Shown: one piece after another, positions 26,594 to 32,000 of the stretch
Layout: every line of letters begins with the position of its first letter
How positions within the stretch are numbered: position 1 is the stretch's first letter
Source of the DNA: Candidatus Saccharimonadota bacterium
GTDB lineage: Archaea; Micrarchaeota; Micrarchaeia; Micrarchaeales; Micrarchaeaceae
Reading direction: 5' to 3'
Length of the DNA stretch: 32,000 nucleotides
Assembly (NCBI RefSeq): GCF_002214165.1
Contig: NZ_CP019964.1
Coordinates: 330,001 to 362,000, forward strand
Notes under the pieces: model-generated
Seen by the model: the letters and a program-made list of their open reading frames with translations, nothing else
The model's database searches: none
Told to the model about the DNA's origin: nothing
Translations under genes and position numbers: made by a program

Positions 26594-26637
26594 ACTCCTT
26601 AAATTTTGCAGCCTAGTCTGCAATGTATATTTAAATT
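26594..26637 (-). promoter_or_regulatory. TATA box (TTTAAATATA on the minus strand, about 26626-26636) plus Shine-Dalgarno AAGGAGT (26594-26600) for the DUF2070-like gene
   Basis: The spacing from TATA through the SD to the ATG is consistent with a short leadered archaeal mRNA. Read directly from the sequence. Confidence 0.45.
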
Positions 26638-26820
26638 CCGGCTGCCTGCTTAATATAAATAGATCTTCAAAGCATGCAGCAGATTGCTTTTAATATTTTA
26701 CACTATGATTTATTGATACATTATATAAATGTTTTCTAAAAGTTCTTCCAATCCGGATACTTATGGTATAGCAACCATCAATACGTTTTTAAAATTTGAG
26801 ATATAAATAAAATTGATTCT

Positions 26821-27096
26821 ATGCCTGATAAAATAAGATGCTCACACATACTAGTTGATAAGGAGTCAACAGCAAAGGAAGTTCTTGAAAAGCTAAAAGG
26901 CGGGGAGGACTTCTCAAAACTTGCTTCCGAATACTCACTTGACGGCTCAAGAAGAAGGGGTGGAGACCTTGGATATTTCGGGAGGGGTATGATGGTAAAA
27001 GAATTCGAAAATGCTGCCTTCAATCTTAAGAAAGGGGAGGTTTCAGGGATAATAAAGACGCAGTTCGGCTATCACATAATAAAGCGCACTGATTGA
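26821..27096 (+). CDS. parvulin-type peptidyl-prolyl isomerase (Par10/PinA-like)
   Basis: 91 aa: [27 protein letters not shown] and FGYHIIKR. Confidence 0.9.
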   Translation: MPDKIRCSHILVDKESTAKEVLEKLKGGEDFSKLASEYSLDGSRRRGGDLGYFGRGMMVKEFENAAFNLKKGEVSGIIKTQFGYHIIKRTD

Positions 27097-27113
27097 TTAT
27101 ATATCTTGGTCCC

Positions 27114-28637
27114 ATGGCAGAAAACAACCCATCTAATAATACGGCAGACAATAATGGCAATTTAGGAATAAATCCTGTTTCTGCTTCTGATAGCCCAAGC
27201 CAAGCTAATACTGTAGAGACATCCAGCCAAGGCGGCGAGATATTCAATGGCAATATAAATAAAATAAGCAAGGAGCTTGACAAGGACAAGAAATCTAATG
27301 ACAAAGCGGCAGCTAGCGCAGCAAATGGTGCTGCCAGCAGCCAAGCAAAAGGTGACAAGGAGGAGGAAGACGATAAAGAGAAGAAAAAGTTGGGCTTCAA
27401 AGAAACCTTCTTCCTTGCATTCGGAGGGCAGGCCCCTTTCATATCATTGCTTACATTTGGCACTGTAATGATAAGCATGGTGGGAGTAGCAGGAGCGTTT
27501 GCCATGATAATAGCAACCTTTGTAGTGCTGATAAACGGGCTTGTTGTATATGTGATGTCAAGCAAGTTCAAAAGAGGGGGTGGATATTATATATATGCGT
27601 TCTATTCACTGACATCAAAGCTTGGGCTGGAGACAGGATGGAGCTATTTTCTGTACTCTCTGGCTTACGGAGGTGCTCTTTTAGTTGGGGGTGCATATGT
27701 ACTTTTTACATTTACAGGGATCAACCAAACCTTCCTTGCGTTGGTTGTTGCAGTAATAGCATCCGCATTTGTCTTAAAAGGGATAAAGATATCCGCAAAA
27801 TACGCAATGGTAATGTCAATAATAGAAATAACGGTAATAATTGCGCTTTCGATATTTTTCCTAAATACATCGCATTGGCACTTCTACGACCCTATAAGCT
27901 TCCCAGCATTGCTGTTTACAGCCGTTATATTCGGTTTGGGCATACCTACAGGATACGGGTCTATTGCCCCATTAAGCAGTGACATAAAAGATTCGACTAG
28001 GACAATAGGAAAGGCCTCAATATCTGTTCTCTTGGTCGGGGGTTTCATAGCAGCATTTTTCTTCTACTCCTTGGGTGCATTGAGCTTTACAGGGAATGTA
28101 ATAGAGCTCATGGCAGTCAAGTTCGGCATAATCGGTGCGATACTCATAGGCTTCATAGCATTGAACGATGGCACTCTTGGAGGGATGGCCTACATGATAG
28201 CGAACTCCAGGACTTTCAGCGCGATGAGCTCTGACAAGAAATTCCCTACTATATTCTCAATCAATATAAATGACAAGCCCATACTGTCTGAGATATTCAT
28301 AGTGATGGTCTTTGTAATCGTAATAGTATCGGTGACGCAGTTCATAGGGCTGTATGCCGCTTTCATAGCCCTTGGTGCACTTGCAGGATTGACTAACTTG
28401 GTTGTTCATATATCAGCGGGTATATCATTGGCTAGGATATCAATAAAGAAGCTGCACAAGCGTATTGTGGAGTTTGGTATAGGTTTTCTCGCAAGCCTTT
28501 TATCGTTCATAGTTTTAGTATTCTCATTGCCTGGAATAGACAAGTACACGGTTTACCTGTTCTTTGGGTGGATAATACTAGGATTCCTTTACAGCGAGGC
28601 CTTGGATATGGCAAATGATGTAACTGATGATAGTTGA
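27114..28637 (+). CDS. APC-superfamily amino acid/polyamine permease with a ~95-aa low-complexity N-terminal tail
   Basis: About 12 TM segments. SKFKRGGGYYIYA and GWSYFL motifs are typical of APC permeases. ATG 27114 lies 17 nt after the parvulin stop. The alternative TTG 27093 overlaps that stop. Confidence 0.85.
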   Translation: MAENNPSNNTADNNGNLGINPVSASDSPSQANTVETSSQGGEIFNGNINKISKELDKDKKSNDKAAASAANGAASSQAKGDKEEEDDKEKKKLGFKETFFLAFGGQAPFISLLTFGTVMISMVGVAGAFAMIIATFVVLINGLVVYVMSSKFKRGGGYYIYAFYSLTSKLGLETGWSYFLYSLAYGGALLVGGAYVLFTFTGINQTFLALVVAVIASAFVLKGIKISAKYAMVMSIIEITVIIALSIFFLNTSHWHFYDPISFPALLFTAVIFGLGIPTGYGSIAPLSSDIKDSTRTIGKASISVLLVGGFIAAFFFYSLGALSFTGNVIELMAVKFGIIGAILIGFIALNDGTLGGMAYMIANSRTFSAMSSDKKFPTIFSININDKPILSEIFIVMVFVIVIVSVTQFIGLYAAFIALGALAGLTNLVVHISAGISLARISIKKLHKRIVEFGIGFLASLLSFIVLVFSLPGIDKYTVYLFFGWIILGFLYSEALDMANDVTDDS

Positions 28638-28685
28638 TGCAATGCAAACTTCAGGTTTAAAGCTTAATAAAAATAAGGTAATCGA

Positions 28686-29186
28686 ATGGATGATCTTCAT
28701 AAAAAGTACGATACTTCAAAGCTAAGGCAGGTCAGCCTCTCATTGATATGGGATGAAAGAAAGATACTGCTTGCAATGAAAAAAAGAGGGTTTGGAGAAG
28801 GCCTTTGGAATGGGTATGGAGGAAAGCAGAAAGAAAGTGAGACAATAGAGGAAACAGCAATCAGAGAAACCAATGAGGAGATAGGAATAAACTCTACAGA
28901 GATTGAACAAGTAGGAACTTTAAGCTTCTTTTTTGAGGGGGTCCCATCGGACCAGAACTGGAACCAGAAAGCAGTCATATTCAGGATTAACAAATGGGTC
29001 GGTGATCCTGTTGAAAGTGAGGAGATGAAACCCAAATGGTTTGATATAAGCGATATACCCTATGACAAGATGTGGCCGGATGACAGGATTTGGCTTCCCA
29101 AAATTCTGAAGGGCATGAAATTAGAATGCATTTTTGTATTTGACGCAGATAAGAGATTGAAGGAATCGAATATCAAGGTGCTATAA
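28686..29186 (+). CDS. Nudix hydrolase of the MTH1/NUDT1 type (predicted oxidised purine dNTP pyrophosphatase)
   Basis: LLAMKKRGFGEGLWNGYGGKQKESETIEETAIRETNEEIGI (Nudix box) and WFDISDIPYDKMWPDDRIWLPKIL closely parallel the human MTH1 sequence as I recall it. Confidence 0.85.
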   Translation: MDDLHKKYDTSKLRQVSLSLIWDERKILLAMKKRGFGEGLWNGYGGKQKESETIEETAIRETNEEIGINSTEIEQVGTLSFFFEGVPSDQNWNQKAVIFRINKWVGDPVESEEMKPKWFDISDIPYDKMWPDDRIWLPKILKGMKLECIFVFDADKRLKESNIKVL

Positions 29187-29339
29187 AGCATAAGTTTTAT
29201 TTGCGCAGTGTTTACAAACATTGTTAATGTGTAGGATTTGGCGTTTATTTTTCAATAACTTATAAATAGCTTTCGAATTCAATAATAGTTTAAATTTAAT
29301 CTTTTTATTCAAAATCGCTTTTCTTAAAAGAGGGAAAAA

Positions 29340-30821
29340 ATGAACTGGTCAAAGGAAGATACTATACTCGCCGTAATAGTCATAGGCACGCTTATGGCGT
29401 CAATAGATTCTACTATCGTGCTTCTTGCGTTTCCAGCGATGACGCAGGCACTGCATTCTACAATATCAACCATAATATGGGTAATACTAATATACATGAT
29501 TGTTGTCGCAGTATTCTCAACGCAGTTTGGCAGGATAGGAGATATATACGGAAGGAGCAAGATGTTCAATCTTGGATTCGTAATATTCACTATTGCGTCA
29601 TTCCTCTGCGGGATAGCCCCAACAGATATAACACTTATAATATTCAGGGCTGTTCAAGCAATAGGGGGAGCATTGATAGCATCGAACAGCAGCGCCATAA
29701 TAGCCGATACATTCGAGAGGCACAAGATAGGAAGGGCGTATGGATTCACAGGGATGAGCTGGAACATAGGGGCCCTTCTTGGAATACTGCTTGGAGGTGT
29801 TATAACAACATACATAGGATACCGCTACATATTCTTCATAAACGTGCCTATAGGGATAGTTGCGGTAATACTTGGCCTTAAGTACGTAAAGGACAAGAAT
29901 AAAACAAATGACAAGTTGGATCTGTACGGGATGGCAGCATTGGGAATTGCGATAGCCCTGATATCATATGCAGGTATAAACTACGCTTCGGTCGGGTTAA
30001 ACTCTTTGAATGTGGTAATGCTGGTTATAGGAATAATATCAACCATTATATTTGTGATTATAGATAGGAAAATAAAGATGCCGACAATAAATTTCAGCAT
30101 GTTCAAGAACAAGATATTCAAGAATTCTCTGCTCGCATCATTATTCCAGGGCCTTGGGTTTATGGGAGTGACATTTCTTCTTATAATGTACCTGCAAGGG
30201 GTGCGCGGATACTCGCCTCTATACGCCTCGCTTGTCCTGTTCCCGGGTTATGTTGTCAGTGGTGTACTCGCACCTTATATGGGAAAGTACTCGGACAAGT
30301 TCGGTGCCAGAATTCTGTCAACAATAGGAATCATGTTTATGGTATTGGGTGTACTGTTCTACCTGCTGGTACTTGGTGTCACAACACCGATATACTACGT
30401 TGTGATAGGCACTATAATAACAGGATTAGGAGGTGCCATGTTCTGGCCTGCAAATAACAGCGCGGTGATGGCAAATGTTTCCGGAGAGCTGAGAGGATCT
30501 GCTTCTGGGACACTTAGGCTGTTCAGCAGCTTGGGTTTAATAGGCAGCTTTATAATAGCTTTTGTGGCAGCCGCATCAGCCGTTCCAAGGTATCTTGCGT
30601 TTGAGATATTTGCAGGCACATCAAAGGTCATTGGAGGGATAGGCAAAGGCTTTGTTGCAGGAATGCATGTCGCATTCATAGCATTGATTGCAATGCTCAT
30701 AATTGCAGGAATATTTTCTTTTGCAATAGGTAAAGAGAACAGGATGGAAAAGTTGCACCATCCAGGAGAGACAGGAACTTATGCAAAATCCAGAAATCTG
30801 TCAGCAGAAACAGAGCGATAA
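29340..30821 (+). CDS. MFS transporter, DHA2 type
   Basis: 493 aa, ~14 TM, motif GRIGDIYGRSKMF. GAGGG SD-like element upstream. Paralogous to the gene at 21826-23613. Confidence 0.9.
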   Translation: MNWSKEDTILAVIVIGTLMASIDSTIVLLAFPAMTQALHSTISTIIWVILIYMIVVAVFSTQFGRIGDIYGRSKMFNLGFVIFTIASFLCGIAPTDITLIIFRAVQAIGGALIASNSSAIIADTFERHKIGRAYGFTGMSWNIGALLGILLGGVITTYIGYRYIFFINVPIGIVAVILGLKYVKDKNKTNDKLDLYGMAALGIAIALISYAGINYASVGLNSLNVVMLVIGIISTIIFVIIDRKIKMPTINFSMFKNKIFKNSLLASLFQGLGFMGVTFLLIMYLQGVRGYSPLYASLVLFPGYVVSGVLAPYMGKYSDKFGARILSTIGIMFMVLGVLFYLLVLGVTTPIYYVVIGTIITGLGGAMFWPANNSAVMANVSGELRGSASGTLRLFSSLGLIGSFIIAFVAAASAVPRYLAFEIFAGTSKVIGGIGKGFVAGMHVAFIALIAMLIIAGIFSFAIGKENRMEKLHHPGETGTYAKSRNLSAETER

Positions 30822-31436
30822 TCAAGACTTATCCGAAGCTGTTACGGAGTCCAAATAAATCTTCATAATGCCTACTGCTTCTTTTGGGCTTAGCACTTTG
30901 CTTACAGTATCCTTTATGCTGTAATGGCTATTGGAATAAGCTAAAAGCATGACGCCATTCCCATTGTAAAATTTGCCATTCAAGGGCATATACTGCTTTG
31001 ATTTTAGGTACTTAATAATCTTATACTTCCTGGCACTTCCTCTGAGATCTTTAGTAATATAAGATATCGCAAAGAACATTGCGGAGCTTTCAATTAAATT
31101 GTCAAGCAGATCGGATAATCTCTCAGAATTTAACCCGCTTCCCAGCCCTTTCTTTATCTCTTTCAAATAACTCTTATAAAACCCAATCAAAAAGTACTGT
31201 ACCTGATGAAAATAGCCATGTGCCAGAAGAGCTCTGTAACTTATCCTGTTTCTGCCTTTTAAATAAGAGGGATTTATCGTAACATATCCTGTAGATCCGT
31301 CATTGGAAGATACCTCCGCATCATCAATCTCATTGGAAATACGTGCTTTTGGCAAAGGCAGTTCTACATTGATTAGTGAATGGAAGAACTTGTCAATGTT
31401 TAAAATCTCCTTGTCCAGCAACGAGTCGTTTATCAT
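30822..31436 (-). CDS. hypothetical protein, 204 aa, with a zincin-like but Glu-less H-G-Y-F-H segment
   Basis: ORF with an ATG start. VTINPSYLKGRNRISYRALLAHGYFHQ resembles the HExxH helix context of small metallopeptidase-like domains, but with Gly at the Glu position. Confidence 0.5.
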   Translation of the reverse strand: MINDSLLDKEILNIDKFFHSLINVELPLPKARISNEIDDAEVSSNDGSTGYVTINPSYLKGRNRISYRALLAHGYFHQVQYFLIGFYKSYLKEIKKGLGSGLNSERLSDLLDNLIESSAMFFAISYITKDLRGSARKYKIIKYLKSKQYMPLNGKFYNGNGVMLLAYSNSHYSIKDTVSKVLSPKEAVGIMKIYLDSVTASDKS

Positions 31437-31746
31437 TTAGTCTAACCCTAATAAAGCGTTTAATCATAAATGCAAATAAAAGCTTAAAAATCCTTATCCA
31501 AATTGAAGGTTTTTGACTTTATCTAAAGTAACGTAAAACCCACACGCTTAGCGGTGGGATATAAGCCACCGAAATGCAAGTAAATATTAAGGTAAAATTA
31601 ACTGGTTTGCTATTAAAACCGCATACAGGTACCATGCATACCCAAAGAAGCGGCAAAACCCAATCCGACCAATTACGGCCAACACAGTGTCCCAGAAATT
31701 CATTCATGGTATGGTATCACAAAATAAATTAACACCATAAATAGAG

Positions 31747-32000
31747 TCAATCTACCTCCTTGTTTGGCTTCATAAATAAAGTTAATATTATACCAATTAT
31801 GGAAAATACAAGCCCTATGTAATATATGTAATTGAATGCAGTTGCAGATGGAAAGTGCCTAATCACAGTCGGAGCAACTTTAACAGAGATAAAATATATA
31901 GTTTCAATTACACCTCCAATTGCTGGTGCTATTGCCATACCAATATTTCTGAATACATCATTTACTCCTGAAGCTTCCCCTGCATTTTCCTTTGGGACTG
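31747..32000 (-). CDS. MFS transporter, C-terminal part (gene continues beyond the window end)
   Basis: The frame is open from 32000 down to the stop at 31747. It reads ...PKENAGEASGVNDVFRNIGMAIAPAIGGVI... followed by a final TM helix, a typical MFS C-terminus. Confidence 0.7.
   Translation of the reverse strand, partial: VPKENAGEASGVNDVFRNIGMAIAPAIGGVIETIYFISVKVAPTVIRHFPSATAFNYIYYIGLVFSIIGIILTLFMKPNKEVD

Noticed and set aside
26588-26623. A TTG-initiated 12-codon extension of the DUF2070-like ORF.
   Set aside because: The strong AAGGAGT SD lies inside this extension, 6 nt upstream of ATG 26587, and the TATA box spacing fits the shorter form.
27026-27571. A 181-aa antisense ORF across the parvulin/permease junction, the longest unexplained ORF in the track.
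   Set aside because: It is the mirror image of the permease low-complexity tail and first TM helices (S/L/A/P runs), has no promoter or SD context, and overlaps two well-supported genes.
29477-29881. A 134-aa same-strand alternate-frame ORF inside the second MFS gene.
   Set aside because: Its R/H/N/C-rich composition is atypical of this genome's proteins, and it is fully nested in a confident membrane CDS.
31519-31707. The spacer region considered as RNase P RNA, SRP RNA or an intron-containing tRNA.
   Set aside because: I could not find the universal motifs (GAGGAAAGUCC-type CR-I, the SRP helix-8 GNAR/AGCA motifs, or a T-arm GTTC[GA]AATC). The region is AT-rich and too short for RNase P. 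It is kept only as an unassigned region in the findings.
1-32000. A window-wide look for CRISPR arrays, IS elements with terminal inverted repeats, integrases, att-like tRNA fragments, and restriction-modification, TA or other defence genes.
   Set aside because: There are no regularly spaced direct repeats. No transposase, integrase, nuclease or ATPase motifs typical of such systems appear in any ORF of 60 aa or more. All large ORFs are accounted for.

Overview
Gene-dense archaeal chromosomal segment: roughly 40% GC by eye, ATA/AGG/AAG-biased codons, and a mix of leaderless-looking starts and GGTG/GGAG-type SD starts. The marker genes are A-type ATPase subunit I, Spt5-uL11, eS6-aIF2gamma, GGGP synthase, archaeal UMP kinase, an M1 aminopeptidase of the tricorn-factor type, a short FKBP and a parvulin. 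These indicate a euryarchaeon, most plausibly Thermoplasmata-like; I cannot name the species from sequence alone. I call 35 candidate CDS. Two are low-confidence micro-ORFs and two are cut by the window edges. I saw no rRNA, tRNA, CRISPR array, transposase/integrase or recognisable defence or toxin-antitoxin genes. The window is mostly housekeeping. The unexplained parts are five orphan ORFs (4558-5025, 7815-9236, 15434-16339, 20402-21220, 30822-31436), a 58-codon ORF at 17349-17525 and a 310-bp spacer at 31437-31746. Three candidates for something new stand out. (i) A tightly coupled pair at 23716-26587: a multi-TM protein with a His/Asp-motif extramembrane domain (DUF2070-like) followed by a polyprenol/dolichol-kinase-like gene. 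(ii) A translationally coupled gene string at 9504-13441, preceded by an 18-bp perfect palindrome: a proline-dehydrogenase-like barrel with degraded catalytic motifs, then an extended SDR, then GGGP synthase, then a truncated NFACT protein. (iii) A 473-aa three-part orphan with an ATGA-coupled 44-codon acid-free basic micro-ORF (7815-9367). All functional ideas for these are inference from manual motif reading; no searches were run.
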